A stretch of DNA of 54,531 nucleotides from Spirochaetales bacterium (GTDB taxonomy: Bacteria; Spirochaetota; Spirochaetia; DAHUYW01): positions 1 through 54,531 of the forward strand of contig DAHVAK010000080.1 of assembly GCA_027314665.1 (NCBI GenBank). The letters run 5' to 3'. A program made the translations under genes and the position numbers. Positions 37,756-48,199 of this stretch are shown piece by piece (position 1 is the stretch's first letter; every line of letters begins with the position of its first letter). The notes under the pieces were generated by a model, which saw only the letters and a list, made by a program, of their open reading frames with translations, ran no database searches and was not told the origin of the DNA.

Positions 37756-38699
37756 GGAACGACGACGGTCTCTTCGACAAAGGGAATCGGTATCACCTGA
37801 CGGTCGCGAGTGAGAAACGTGGGCTCGAAGATCTCGCGCGCCTCTTTGACCAGCCTCTTGAGGTCGCGCTCGGTGTAGCGAGGGCTGTAGTGGATCAAAC
37901 CCATCTGCTTCACGCCTCCGGCCTCCATGGCGACGCGAGCCGCCTGCTGCGCGGTGAGGTGCTTCTTCTCGCGCGCGCTTTCGCTGAGCTCCTCGAGAAA
38001 CATCCCCTCGCAGATCAGGAGATCCGAGTCGCTCACCTCGCGCGCAATCTCGGGGAAATAGCCCGTATCGGTCACGTAGCTGAACTTGCGCCCCTTGCGC
38101 GGGGTGCCCATGACCTCCTCCGGACGGACTACCCTACCCCCTTCGAGCTCGACCTCCGATCCTCCTTGCAGCTGAGACCAGAGGGGTCCGCGCGGCACGC
38201 CGGCGGCGAGTGCCTTCTCGGGGAAAAACACCCCCGGGCGGCTCTTCTCCTCCAGGGTGTAGCCGTAGCAGGGCTTTGAATGGCGCAGGGGAAAGGAGCG
38301 GACCTGGAAATCATCGGTCTCGTAGACCACTTGGGGTCCGGTCACCTCCCGCACCACAATCTCGTAGTTGATGTACATGTCGAGGACTCGCCGGTTCATC
38401 TCGATGTACTCTCGGATCCGAGGAGGCCCAACTACGATGAGAGGCTCGTCGCGATCCACCTGCGAAGAGAGCATAAGGATCCCCGGCAGACCGGTGACGT
38501 GATCGGCATGGGTATGGGAGATGAAGACCACCGAGATCTTCTTCCAGCGCAGATTGAGCCGGCGCAGGGAGACCTGCGTTCCCTCCCCCGCGTCGAAGAG
38601 AAAGAGATCGCCTTCTCGCCTGAGCAGCGCCGAGGTAAGGTGACGGTTCGGGAGAGGCATCATGCCCCCGCTGCCTAGGATAAAAGCTTCTAGGTTCAT
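37752..38699 (-). CDS. rnz: ribonuclease Z
   Basis: FDAGEGTQ, SHTHADHVTG, exosite GVPRGP, YVTDT, HLTA, IHYSPRY. Confidence 0.96.
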   Translation of the reverse strand: MNLEAFILGSGGMMPLPNRHLTSALLRREGDLFLFDAGEGTQVSLRRLNLRWKKISVVFISHTHADHVTGLPGILMLSSQVDRDEPLIVVGPPRIREYIEMNRRVLDMYINYEIVVREVTGPQVVYETDDFQVRSFPLRHSKPCYGYTLEEKSRPGVFFPEKALAAGVPRGPLWSQLQGGSEVELEGGRVVRPEEVMGTPRKGRKFSYVTDTGYFPEIAREVSDSDLLICEGMFLEELSESAREKKHLTAQQAARVAMEAGGVKQMGLIHYSPRYTERDLKRLVKEAREIFEPTFLTRDRQVIPIPFVEETVVVP

Positions 38700-38733
38700 G
38701 CGAAATGGCTCCGTTGTAGGCGAGGGGGCCGAC

Positions 38734-41256
38734 TTAGTTTGAAATACCCGCGGGGGTAGGCTCGCTCTTCTGCGGATTCCTCGACAGGAAGGCTATCTCC
38801 TCTTTCCTGACGGTGATGGTCACGCGGCTTCCGGGTTGAATCTTGCCCTTCAGCACCTCGAGCGACAATGCGTCCTCCACATGCTTCTGGATAATCCGGC
38901 GCAGGGGCCGAGCGCCGTACTTCGTATCGAAGCCCTTCTCGATGAGCAGATCCTTCGCCTTCTGCTTCACCTCGATGATGATGTCGGTATCGAGCAGCCG
39001 CATCTGCACCTCATTCAGCATGATGTCGAGGATTTGCCGGACATCCTCCCGCGACAGGCTGTGGAAGACGACGATCTCATCGACGCGGTTGAGGAACTCC
39101 GGACGGAATACCCGCTTCAGCTCGGCCATGGCGGAGCTGCGAATCTCGTTGAAGCTCATCAGGTTGTCCTCGGCCCTGAAGCCGAGAGCGCTGTCGCGAG
39201 AGATTTCGCGGGCGCCCACATTGGAGGTCATGATGAGAACCGTGTTGCGGAACGAGACACGATGGCCGAAGTTGTCCTGCAGCTCGCCCTCCTCCAGCAC
39301 CTGGAGAAGAAGGTTGAAGACATCCGGATGAGCCTTTTCGATCTCATCGAGCAGGATGACGCTGTAGGGTCTGCGTCTGATCTTTTCGGTGAGAAAACCG
39401 CCCTCTTCGTAGCCGACATAGCCCGGAGGCGCCCCGACGAGCCGGGAGACGTTGTGCTTCTCCATGTAGTCGGACATGTCGATACGGATCAGGGCCTCCT
39501 GATCGCCGAAGAGGAACTCCGCGAGGCTTTTCGCAAGGAGGGTCTTGCCGACGCCGGTCGGGCCGAGAAAGATGAACGAACCCATGGGTCGCTTCGGCGA
39601 GCTCAGGCCCGTGCGAGCGCGACGAATCGCCGAGGCCACCGCCGTGACCGCCTCGTTCTGCCCGATGACCTTGTGGTGCAGCTCGTCTTCTATGTGCAGG
39701 AGCTTGTCCGACTCGGTCTGAGCGATACGGATCAGCGGGATCCCCGTGATGTTCGAGATGATCTGCTGGATGTCTTCCTCGTCGACGACGTTCTTCTCGA
39801 TCTTGAGAGTGTCCTCCCAGCCCTGCTTCATGTCCTCGACCTTGGCCTTGAGCTGGCGCACCGTATCGCGGACGGCGGCCGCCTTCTCATAGTTCTGAGA
39901 GTTCACGAGAGCTATCTTCTCGTTCGTCAGCCGCTCGATCTCCATCTCGAGCTTCGCAAGCTCCTTGGGGCGGACGCTGTTGGTGATCCGCTTGTGCGAG
40001 CCGGCCTCGTCGATGAGATCGATCGCCTTATCCGGAAGGAAGCGCTCGGTGATGTAGCGGCTCGAGAGGACCGCCGCCTGCTCAATGGCCTGGTCGGTGT
40101 AGGTGACGTTGTGATGATCCTCGTACTGGGTCTTGATGCCTTTCAGGATCTCCATGGTCTCCTCGACCGAAGGCTCAGACACGAAGATCGACTGGAAGCG
40201 CCGCTCCAGGGCGGTATCCTTCTCGATGTACTTCTTGTACTCATTCAGGGTCGTCGCTCCGATGCACTGGAGCTCGCCGCGAGAAAGGGCCGGCTTCAGC
40301 ATGTTCGAAGCGTCGATTGCACCCTCGGCGCCCCCCGCCCCGATGAACGTGTGCAGCTCGTCGAAGAAGAGGATCACGTAGCCCGCATTCACGATCTCCT
40401 TCATCACGCGCTTCAGCCGCTCCTCAAACTCACCGCGGTACTTCGTTCCAGCGATAAGCGAGGCAAGGTCGAGGGTCATCACCCGCTTGCCCATGAGAAC
40501 CTCGGGGGCCGTTCCGTCGACGATCCGCTGCGCGAGCCCTTCCACGATGGCGGTCTTTCCTACCCCGGGCTCGCCGATGAGGACCGGATTGTTCTTAGTC
40601 CGCCGAGCGAGGATCTGGATGACCCTCTGGATCTCCTTCATCCTGCCGATGACCGGGTCGAGCTTGCCTTCTCGCGCGTACTCCGTGAGATCGCGCGAGA
40701 ACTCGTCGAGGGTCGGGGTCGCCTTCTTGCCCGGCAGGGGCTGTTTGCGCTTCTGCGACTGAGACTGCGAGGAGGACTGCGACTGAAGCTGGGGCGGAAT
40801 GCGCTTCGCATAGCCGCTGGAGCCGGAAAGATCGATCACAATCTCCCGAAGCTGCTCGACGGTCACGCTGTACTTCGCGAGGCTCCGCTGGACCACGCTT
40901 CCGGTTTCCTTTGCCGAGGCGAGCAGGAGATGCTCGGTGCCGATGTACTCGTGCCCCAGATTGCGGGCCTCTTCGGCCGAATCCTCGAGAATCTTCTTTC
41001 CGCGCTTCGACGGCGGAACGTCTCCGAGGATGAAACCGGAGTGCTTCTTCGGAATGCTGCGCTCGATCTCGAGCTGCATCTCGGTCGGATCGACGTTCAA
41101 ACGCTTAAGCGCCTTGTAGCCCAGCCCCTCTCCGTCCTTCAGCAGGGCAAGGATGATGTGCTCGGGAAGCAGCTGGTCCGAATGGAACCGTTTTGCCTCT
41201 TCCTGAGCGAATATCGTGAGTATCCGTTGAGCTCTCTGCGTAAGCCCTTTGAACAT
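38734..41256 (-). CDS. clpC: ATP-dependent Clp protease ATPase ClpC
   Basis: Clp N repeats, two AAA+ modules ([16 protein letters not shown]), UVR coiled coil, LGF ClpP-docking loop. Confidence 0.96.
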   Translation of the reverse strand: MFKGLTQRAQRILTIFAQEEAKRFHSDQLLPEHIILALLKDGEGLGYKALKRLNVDPTEMQLEIERSIPKKHSGFILGDVPPSKRGKKILEDSAEEARNLGHEYIGTEHLLLASAKETGSVVQRSLAKYSVTVEQLREIVIDLSGSSGYAKRIPPQLQSQSSSQSQSQKRKQPLPGKKATPTLDEFSRDLTEYAREGKLDPVIGRMKEIQRVIQILARRTKNNPVLIGEPGVGKTAIVEGLAQRIVDGTAPEVLMGKRVMTLDLASLIAGTKYRGEFEERLKRVMKEIVNAGYVILFFDELHTFIGAGGAEGAIDASNMLKPALSRGELQCIGATTLNEYKKYIEKDTALERRFQSIFVSEPSVEETMEILKGIKTQYEDHHNVTYTDQAIEQAAVLSSRYITERFLPDKAIDLIDEAGSHKRITNSVRPKELAKLEMEIERLTNEKIALVNSQNYEKAAAVRDTVRQLKAKVEDMKQGWEDTLKIEKNVVDEEDIQQIISNITGIPLIRIAQTESDKLLHIEDELHHKVIGQNEAVTAVASAIRRARTGLSSPKRPMGSFIFLGPTGVGKTLLAKSLAEFLFGDQEALIRIDMSDYMEKHNVSRLVGAPPGYVGYEEGGFLTEKIRRRPYSVILLDEIEKAHPDVFNLLLQVLEEGELQDNFGHRVSFRNTVLIMTSNVGAREISRDSALGFRAEDNLMSFNEIRSSAMAELKRVFRPEFLNRVDEIVVFHSLSREDVRQILDIMLNEVQMRLLDTDIIIEVKQKAKDLLIEKGFDTKYGARPLRRIIQKHVEDALSLEVLKGKIQPGSRVTITVRKEEIAFLSRNPQKSEPTPAGISN

Positions 41257-41268
41257 GCTCTTCCTCCG

Positions 41269-42324
41269 TTAGTCCTCAACGTCACCGATCGCCTCTTTGA
41301 TCATGTTGGCCCGGGTGTAGTCGATCAGCTTGGTGTCGGCTCCGGTCTCTTGGCTGTCGATCAGCTGCTGCATGTGCGATTTCTGCGTGAGAAACAGCAG
41401 GGCGGTGATCCGTTCCAGCGGCAGCTTGATCCAGCCGAGAGCCGCACCCAGGCGCAGTGCAGAGAGGTGCTCAATGGCCTCACGTGCTGAGATCGACCGG
41501 CAGTACCGGAGGATCCCGAAGGCTCGATAGACCCGATCCTCGATATCCACCCGTTGCTTGCTTACCATCTCTTCACGGGCCTTTCTCTCATAATTTACTA
41601 TCTGAGCCCCAACACTTTCAAGTTTCTCCAAGATCTCCGCTTCCGTGGAGCCAAGACCGAACTGATTCGAGACTTGGTACATGCTCCCCAGGGAGTGCTC
41701 ATCGTCGCCGAAAAACCCCTTCACCGAGAGGCCGAGCTGCACGACCGCCTTGAAGGTCTTCTCGATAAGCGAGGTCGTGACGAGAGCCGGGATGTGGAGC
41801 ATGATCGAGGCCCGCATCCCGGTGCCGCTATTCGCAATCTCGGTAGTCAGATAGCCCGCATCCAGGGTGGCTGCGAACTCCACCTCCCGCTCGAGCTCGG
41901 TATCGAGGGAGTTGACCTCGTCGTAGGTCGGCTTCAGGGAGAGCCCGCCCGCGAGGGCAGCGATCCGAAGGTGATCGATCTCGTTGATCATGCCGGCCAC
42001 CTTCTGATCCTGCCGCAGTATGAAGGCCTTGTGGGTTTGCAGGGAAAAGTCCTGGGAAATGAGATTGCGCTCGAGCAGGAGCCGTCGCTCGGTCGGAGCA
42101 AGCGAGCCGAGCACCCCTCCCTCGTAGCGTCCGTCCACCTTCAAGACCGCCTCGAGGAGCTTGCCCTGAACCTGCTCCTCCTCCTCGCTCTGCATGGTCC
42201 CCGGAAACAGGTGTCCCGCGAGATTTCGCGAGAGGCGAACCCTGCTCGCGATCACCACGTCGTTGTCCGGCCCAGCCTCCTGGAACCAACCGGAGGTCTC
42301 CCTCACCCCGGTGAACTTAATCAT
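41269..42324 (-). CDS. mcsB: McsB-like ATP:guanido phosphotransferase (divergent active site)
   Basis: SRVRLSRNL, INEIDHLRI, GYLT...GTGMRAS, YQVSNQ; lies between mcsA and clpC. Confidence 0.88.
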   Translation of the reverse strand: MIKFTGVRETSGWFQEAGPDNDVVIASRVRLSRNLAGHLFPGTMQSEEEEQVQGKLLEAVLKVDGRYEGGVLGSLAPTERRLLLERNLISQDFSLQTHKAFILRQDQKVAGMINEIDHLRIAALAGGLSLKPTYDEVNSLDTELEREVEFAATLDAGYLTTEIANSGTGMRASIMLHIPALVTTSLIEKTFKAVVQLGLSVKGFFGDDEHSLGSMYQVSNQFGLGSTEAEILEKLESVGAQIVNYERKAREEMVSKQRVDIEDRVYRAFGILRYCRSISAREAIEHLSALRLGAALGWIKLPLERITALLFLTQKSHMQQLIDSQETGADTKLIDYTRANMIKEAIGDVED

Positions 42325-42829
42325 GCTGGTCTCCTGCGGTCTGCTCTATCGTCCTTAGTTTATCACGGATTACCGCCGCTTCCTCATAATCTTCGTGGAC
42401 GACAGCCTCCTTGAGGCGATCCTTCAGCAGCTCCCGATCCACGAGGAGCGACTTGTAGGCGACGAGCCGCGCCGGGTACTTCCCGCGGTGGCGGGTCGTT
42501 CCCACCGTGTTCTCGAGAAAAAGATCAACCTCCCGCTTGAAGGAGGTGTAGCATTCGCCGCAGCCCAGCCGGCCATCCTTGCGGAACTCCGAAAGCTTCA
42601 TGCCGCAGCGAGGGCAGGTTTCGTTTGATCGCTCCTCTTTGCCTTCGCCCTTCGGATCGATGAGACCAGTCAGGAGCTGCGACAGGGAGAGCTCTATCTT
42701 GTCGTCGCTGCTCGATATCCCTCTCTTCTTGGCACAGCTCTCGCACAGATGCAGCTCGACCACCTCGTTGCCCATGATCTGCTGGACGTGAATGACTGCC
42801 TCGTTCTCATCGCAAATGCCGCATTTCAT
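42317..42829 (-). CDS. mcsA: McsA (CxxC zinc motifs plus UVR domain)
   Basis: MKCGIC, HLCESC, CPRC, GRLGCGECY, EDYEEAAVIRD. Confidence 0.93.
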   Translation of the reverse strand: MKCGICDENEAVIHVQQIMGNEVVELHLCESCAKKRGISSSDDKIELSLSQLLTGLIDPKGEGKEERSNETCPRCGMKLSEFRKDGRLGCGECYTSFKREVDLFLENTVGTTRHRGKYPARLVAYKSLLVDRELLKDRLKEAVVHEDYEEAAVIRDKLRTIEQTAGDQHD

Positions 42830-42938
42830 GAACCCTGCAGGCCCCTCCCAGCACAATAGTAGTATAAATTCGCCGAATCGACCACACTCTTTCATCTATC
42901 TCTTCGGGCGGCAGAGGACGCAAAATGACCGCAAATCC

Positions 42939-44243
42939 TCAGTACTTCCGCATGACCTCGATCGGGCGAATCGCCCCTGCCCGCCGCGCGGGGAACCAGG
43001 CGGCAACCGTCGCGAGAAGAATCGAAAGGAAGGCAATGGCGCCCAGCTCCTGCCAATCGAGCCGGATCGGAATCCGGTCGAGGTAGTAGCTCGTGCTCAA
43101 GAGGGTGATGTGGACCGGGCTCTCGCGCACGAAGGGTGAGAGCAAGAGATTCCATAGGGCTACGGCGGCATTGATAAGCCACTGCAGTCCCGCAATGACC
43201 GGATTGATGTTGACGGCGGCGAGGAGCCCGAGCCCCATCCCTCCCACGGTCCCGAGCACTCCGATGGCAAAGCCCGTCACGACAAAGGCTCTCGTTATGC
43301 CTGCCGGACTGGCACCAGTGCTCTTGAGGATGGCGATCTCGTGGCTCCGCTCGATGACGAGCATCACCAGGGCGGAAGAGATGTTCACCGAAGCGACCAG
43401 CACGATGAGGACCATGATGAAAAGCAGAAGATTCTTGGTCGTTTCGAAGGTCTTGTACATCGGCTTCTCCATCTGATACCAGGTGAAGAGGTACCATGAG
43501 CCCGGAAGGCGCTGCTTGATCAGGCGGATGATCGGCTGGAGGTTTCCGTAGGGGTCCTTCACCGTGACCCCGATGAAGTGCGAGCCGGGATCGGTGAACA
43601 ACAGGCGTCCCTGGGCGTTCGGGATGAACATCGCGAGGGAATCCAGCTCGTTGTAGCCGGTCGTGAAGATCCCCCGCACGACGAGCCTGTTCGGCCGCAG
43701 GATGAAGCTGCCGCCGGGGAGGTTTTTCGCCGTGAGAAGGCGGATCGGCTCTCCGACGCTCACGTGAAGCGCCTTCGCGACGTCGACGCTCAGGAGCGCC
43801 GAGTCGGCCTCCGACAGATCGAAGCGTCCCGCGGTCATCGTGAGATAGCGGCGAAAGCCCGAATCGGTCGCATAGAGGTCGCTCGGAAGCGCCCGCACGG
43901 CAACCCCGGTGCGTCCGGAGCGCGAATACGCAAGCCCGAGCCCGGAGTAGGCGGGAAAGGCCTCGGTGACTCCGGGGACCGAGCGAATCGCAGCGAGCAC
44001 CGAGTCGAACTCCGGCTCGTTCACGGTGGTGAGGCTCTTCAGCTGCAGGTGGAAGGTGCCGACCTCGACATAGCGAGCGGTGATCCCCTCGATCATCCCG
44101 TTCGCCACCTCGAGCACGACCACAAGCGGGATGAGGCTCATGGCCACGCCCGCGATGGCCCCCCGCAGCTGTCCGATTCGCCGCCCGTTCTCTCCGCTCC
44201 AGAAGTTGCGCAGCCCGAGGAAGAGGGTCGCCCGAAGCCTCAC
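42939..44243 (-). CDS. LolC/E-family ABC permease
   Basis: MacB/FtsX layout; GIFTTGYNELD, LVIERSHEIAILKSTGA, YYLDRIP, PARRA. Confidence 0.9.
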   Translation of the reverse strand: MRLRATLFLGLRNFWSGENGRRIGQLRGAIAGVAMSLIPLVVVLEVANGMIEGITARYVEVGTFHLQLKSLTTVNEPEFDSVLAAIRSVPGVTEAFPAYSGLGLAYSRSGRTGVAVRALPSDLYATDSGFRRYLTMTAGRFDLSEADSALLSVDVAKALHVSVGEPIRLLTAKNLPGGSFILRPNRLVVRGIFTTGYNELDSLAMFIPNAQGRLLFTDPGSHFIGVTVKDPYGNLQPIIRLIKQRLPGSWYLFTWYQMEKPMYKTFETTKNLLLFIMVLIVLVASVNISSALVMLVIERSHEIAILKSTGASPAGITRAFVVTGFAIGVLGTVGGMGLGLLAAVNINPVIAGLQWLINAAVALWNLLLSPFVRESPVHITLLSTSYYLDRIPIRLDWQELGAIAFLSILLATVAAWFPARRAGAIRPIEVMRKY

Positions 44244-44965
44244 CGCGGCTCCCTCCCGACCACGCGCACGAGCTCTCCCTTATCGAGGTGCAGCCGGTTT
44301 CCGGCGCGGGCGGCAAAGCCCTGATCGTGGGTAACGAGGAGGAGGGATTTTCGGTGGAGGCGCACGAGCTCGAGGAGGAGCTCCTCCACGTTGCGCGAGT
44401 TCCGCTCGTCGAGGTTGCCGGTCGGCTCGTCGGCGAGGATCAGGGCGGGGTCGTTCACGAGCGAGCGCGCCACCGCGACCCGCTGCCGCTCCCCTCCGGA
44501 AAGCTGCAGGGGATAGTGGCTCGAGCGGTCGCTGAGGTTCACCTGGCCGAGGAGCTCGGCAGCCCGCTCGAGGGCGCGGGCGCGGGGCATTCCCGCCATG
44601 TAGGCAGGGAGCATCACGTTCTCCAGGGCCGTGAAGTCCTTCAGCAGGTAGTGGAACTGCAGGATGAGCCCCACGCTCCGCGCCCGGTACTGAGTCAGCT
44701 CCTCTTCCGAGAGGCGGTGCACCGCGTAGCCGGCGCTGAGAATCGTCCCGCGCGTCGGCACGTCCAGCCCCGCGATGAGGTTGAGGAGCTTGCTCTTGCC
44801 CGAGCCGCTCTCGCCGGTGATCGCGAGAATCTCCCCCGGCTCGAGCCGAAGCGACACGTTCGTGAGGACCGGGAGATCCTCATCCCCCGTCACATAGGTC
44901 TTTCCGACTCCTTCCACGAGGAGAAGCGGCTCGTTCCCGCTTCGCGATCCCTGGTGACTATTCAT
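44240..44965 (-). CDS. lolD: LolD-like ABC ATP-binding protein
   Basis: [46 protein letters not shown]; start re-called to ATG 44965. Confidence 0.88.
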   Translation of the reverse strand: MNSHQGSRSGNEPLLLVEGVGKTYVTGDEDLPVLTNVSLRLEPGEILAITGESGSGKSKLLNLIAGLDVPTRGTILSAGYAVHRLSEEELTQYRARSVGLILQFHYLLKDFTALENVMLPAYMAGMPRARALERAAELLGQVNLSDRSSHYPLQLSGGERQRVAVARSLVNDPALILADEPTGNLDERNSRNVEELLLELVRLHRKSLLLVTHDQGFAARAGNRLHLDKGELVRVVGREPR

Positions 44966-46259
44966 AGCGCAGAACCTCCGCCGGCTTGATCTCCGACACC
45001 CGCCGCGAGGCGAGGTAGGCTGCCGCCACCGAAGAAAAGACGGCGAAGAGAAAGATGAGAAGGGCTTCGTGAAAGAGAACCCGACTTGGCACTCTGTCCA
45101 GGTAGAAGTAGGCCGGCGAGAAGAGGGCAAAGGAGCCGCCGGCCGGCGTGAAGGGGGAAAGGATCCACGAAAGGAGGCCGGCGACCGCATTCACGATCGA
45201 TTCGACAAGGGTAAAGATCGCATTGATGTGATCGGAAACCAGGAGCCCGAGGACGAGACCGATCACCCCGCCGAGCGCTCCGATGTACAGGCCATCCAGG
45301 ACGAACACGGCCCGCATCGCCTGCGGCGAGGCCCCTACCGACCGAAGGATACCGATCTCCTCCTGCCGCTCGTAGACTGCACGCTTCAAGAAGTGCTGGA
45401 TGTTCACCGCCACGACGAGGAAGATCAGACACAGGAGGAAGGTCATCATGAGCTTTTCCATCCGCAGGGCGTCGAAAAAGGCGCTGTTGTAGGTGCGCCA
45501 GGAGACGATGGAAAGGGAGCGCGCGGGAAATGCGGCCTGAATGCGCTCGGCGGCGGCGCGATCCTGGAAGCGATCGACGAGCTTGACCCCGTATACCAGC
45601 CGATCGGCCGGGCTTCCGAGGGCGCGCACCGCGTCGAGGTTCACGAAGCAGAGGGACTGATCGAAATCGTAGTAGCCCGATTTGAAGATCCCGGAGACCG
45701 TGAAGGAGAGGCTTGCGGGCGAGAGGAGGTTGAACGAGGGTCCGCCGAGCGAGACCACCGAGACCGGATCTCCGAGCCCCACCCCGAGGGCGGCCGCGAG
45801 CTGCTCTCCGATCACGATCGACCGATCGCCGGCGAGGTCGAAGCCTCCCGCGACGAGATGTAGATAGCGGACGAGCTCGGGATCGAGCCGGGCTGCGTCG
45901 GAAGGGACCCCTCGGACCACCGCAGGTTGGAACTCGGTGTAGCCCCCGCTGATCATCGTCTGCACGTCCGCGAAGGGAACCACCGCCGACACCCCCGGTA
46001 TTTTTCGCATCCGCTCCAGCTCCGTCGGGCCAAGGGGAGCTCCGTCGGTTGTGATGCGAAGGTGATAGGAGCTGATCGCGAGAATGTCGTTGATGAAGCC
46101 GAGCTGAAAGCCGTTCATCACCCCGAGCACCGAAATGAGGGTGATGACCCCGATGGCGATCCCAGCGACCGAAAGGATTGAAGGCGCAAGCCCGCGGTTC
46201 CTGCGCTTCGAGCGGAAGTATCGGCGAGCGATGAAGAGGATCCACCCGAACCGCATCAT
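44958..46259 (-). CDS. LolC/E-family ABC permease
   Basis: [58 protein letters not shown]. Confidence 0.92.
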   Translation of the reverse strand: MMRFGWILFIARRYFRSKRRNRGLAPSILSVAGIAIGVITLISVLGVMNGFQLGFINDILAISSYHLRITTDGAPLGPTELERMRKIPGVSAVVPFADVQTMISGGYTEFQPAVVRGVPSDAARLDPELVRYLHLVAGGFDLAGDRSIVIGEQLAAALGVGLGDPVSVVSLGGPSFNLLSPASLSFTVSGIFKSGYYDFDQSLCFVNLDAVRALGSPADRLVYGVKLVDRFQDRAAAERIQAAFPARSLSIVSWRTYNSAFFDALRMEKLMMTFLLCLIFLVVAVNIQHFLKRAVYERQEEIGILRSVGASPQAMRAVFVLDGLYIGALGGVIGLVLGLLVSDHINAIFTLVESIVNAVAGLLSWILSPFTPAGGSFALFSPAYFYLDRVPSRVLFHEALLIFLFAVFSSVAAAYLASRRVSEIKPAEVLRYE

Positions 46260-47308
46260 CCGCTCACGACCTCTTCTCGGACCTTGTTGCCGTCCTTGTA
46301 GTAGACGCGCAGAAAGGGCTTGCCGTCCGCGTAGAGCTCCTCGTAGGAGGTGTTCTCGCCGGTGTAGACGGTTACCTTTTTCAGCTTGAGGTTTCTCGTC
46401 AACTCGACCCGCGCAAGCTATCCGTCGCGGTCATAGGTGTAGCGGCTCTCCTCCCGCACTCCGGGGGTCAGCACGATCTTCTCCGCGAGGCGGTCGCCTG
46501 CATAGCGGAACTCCGTCCGCGAAACGGTCTTGTCGTCGGAGACGACCTGCTCCGAGAGCACGCGGCCCTTTGCGTCGTAAGAGCGGCGGGTTACCGTGCC
46601 GGTGGCGAAGACCGTCTCGACCGAGCGCTGTCCGTTTCCGTCGGGGGCGAAGTCGGTTTGGGAGAGAATCTCGCTTCCCTTCCAGTCCTCGATCGCCTCA
46701 AGAGCCGATCCCCGATAGCGAAGCAGCTCCCCGTCGTGGTCGCTCCCGTGCCATTCCGACAGGAGCCGCCCCTCAGCGTAGGTGTAGGCCGATTCGACCG
46801 TTCTGCCGTCGGGATAGGACCGCACTGCGCGGCGCAGCCGCCCGTCGGGACCTCGGGAGATCGTGGTGCGATAGAGCAGGCTTCCTTCGGAATCCTGTAC
46901 CTCGATCGAGGCAAGATAGCCGCGCTCGTAGCGGTAGATCCGCTTTGTCTCGAGCTTCCCGTCGCGGTAGTCCTCCTCCACATCGGGATGGCCGTCACGG
47001 TAGATCGTCGTCGCGGCGATGACCCCTGCGTCGTAGCGCGTCTCCTTCGCGAGCTGGCCGTGCTCGAACTCCTCGACCCACCTCGTGGTTTCCTTCCCGG
47101 AATGAGTGAGGGTGCGTATCTCCGCGGTCCCCTCGCGATGCACCCGCAGGAGCCACTCGGTGGAGTCCGCCTGTTCGGGAGAGATGGCTCCCATCTCGAT
47201 GCCGAGGATATCGGAGCGGAAGAGCTCATCGGCGCGGGCCGCGGCAGGCGGCAGCAGGACGGAAAGCAGAGCAGCGGTCGCGGCGAGAAGGAGACGGTGC
47301 CGGGTCAT
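46256..47308 (-). CDS. exported beta-hairpin-repeat (YD/MORN-like) protein interrupted by an in-frame TAG
   Basis: Signal peptide and Tyr/Gly/Asp repeats. After the TAG at 46418-46420 the frame continues for 53 more codons of the same repeat style, to a TGA overlapping the next ATG. Confidence 0.75.
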
Positions 47309-48184
47309 CTAGCCTTCAAGAAGCGAATCGAGGTAGCGGTCGACGTCGAACACCTCGAGATCGGTGAGCTTCTCCCCCCTGCCAAGAAAGGAAAAGGGGA
47401 TGCCGAGGCCCTTCGAGATCTGAAGGGCGATCCCGCCCTTCGCGGTCGAGTCGTATTTGGTGAGGATTGCGCTGTCGATTCCGACCGCCTCGTGGAAGAC
47501 CTCCGCCTGTCTGAGCCCGTTCTGCCCCGTCGTTGCATCCACCACGAGGATCCTACGATAGCTTCCGTCACCGATTCGGGCGCGCGCGACCCGGTCGATC
47601 TTCTGGAGCTCCTTCACCAAGTTTTCTTTGTTGTGCATTCTTCCCGCGGTATCCGCGAGAACGAGCCGCGCGCCTCGCGCCTGCGCGCTCTCAAGCGAGT
47701 CGTAGATGACCGCTCCGGGATCCGAGCCCGGGCGCTGACTGACCACGCGGGCCCCGAGGCGCTGCCCGTGGATCTTCAGCTGATCGATGGCGCCGGCCCG
47801 AAAGGTGTCCCCGGCGCTCAAGACGGCCTCCTCCACCCCCGCGGTCCTGCGGTAGTAATCGGCGAGCTTCGCGATGGTCGTGGTCTTGCCGACCCCGTTG
47901 ACCCCGAGCACGAGGAGGAGATTGAGCCGCCCCGGCTCCAGGGCAAGGGGCTCCGCCTTCACCCACGGGCGCAGCAGTCCTTTCAGCGCTGCGGTCAGCT
48001 GCTCGCGTGACTCGATGCGACTGCGCTTCATCATCTCGCGCAGCGCGCCCACGCTCGCCGTCGCAAGGCCCGCCCCGATGTCCCCCTCGATCAGAATCTC
48101 CTCGAGCTCTTCGAAAAGGGACTCGCCGCGCCCGCCCCCCGTGAAAAGCTGCCGTATGCGCGACCCTAAGGCTATTCCAGCCAC
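47309..48184 (-). CDS. ftsY: SRP receptor FtsY (no acidic A-domain)
   Basis: GVNGVGKTTTIAKLA, DTFRAGA, DTAGR, DATTGQN, TKYDSTAKGG, GEKLTDL. Confidence 0.97.
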   Translation of the reverse strand: MAGIALGSRIRQLFTGGGRGESLFEELEEILIEGDIGAGLATASVGALREMMKRSRIESREQLTAALKGLLRPWVKAEPLALEPGRLNLLLVLGVNGVGKTTTIAKLADYYRRTAGVEEAVLSAGDTFRAGAIDQLKIHGQRLGARVVSQRPGSDPGAVIYDSLESAQARGARLVLADTAGRMHNKENLVKELQKIDRVARARIGDGSYRRILVVDATTGQNGLRQAEVFHEAVGIDSAILTKYDSTAKGGIALQISKGLGIPFSFLGRGEKLTDLEVFDVDRYLDSLLEG

Positions 48185-48199
48185 AGATACTCCTTCCGA

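Noticed and set aside
38836-41490. 884-aa plus-strand ORF and other long antisense ORFs (5459-6958, 7455-9032, 19216-20682, 26351-27700, 46658-48010)
   Set aside because: Shadow ORFs opposite well-supported genes, expected from GC-rich codon bias; no recognisable motifs.
42830-42938. CtsR or CIRCE heat-shock operator upstream of mcsA
   Set aside because: No GGTCAAA direct repeats or TTAGCACTC-N9-GAGTGCTAA were found; only a TATACT -10-like box.
46418-46420. Pyrrolysine or genome-wide amber recoding
   Set aside because: No pyl genes in the window and many genes end normally at TAG.
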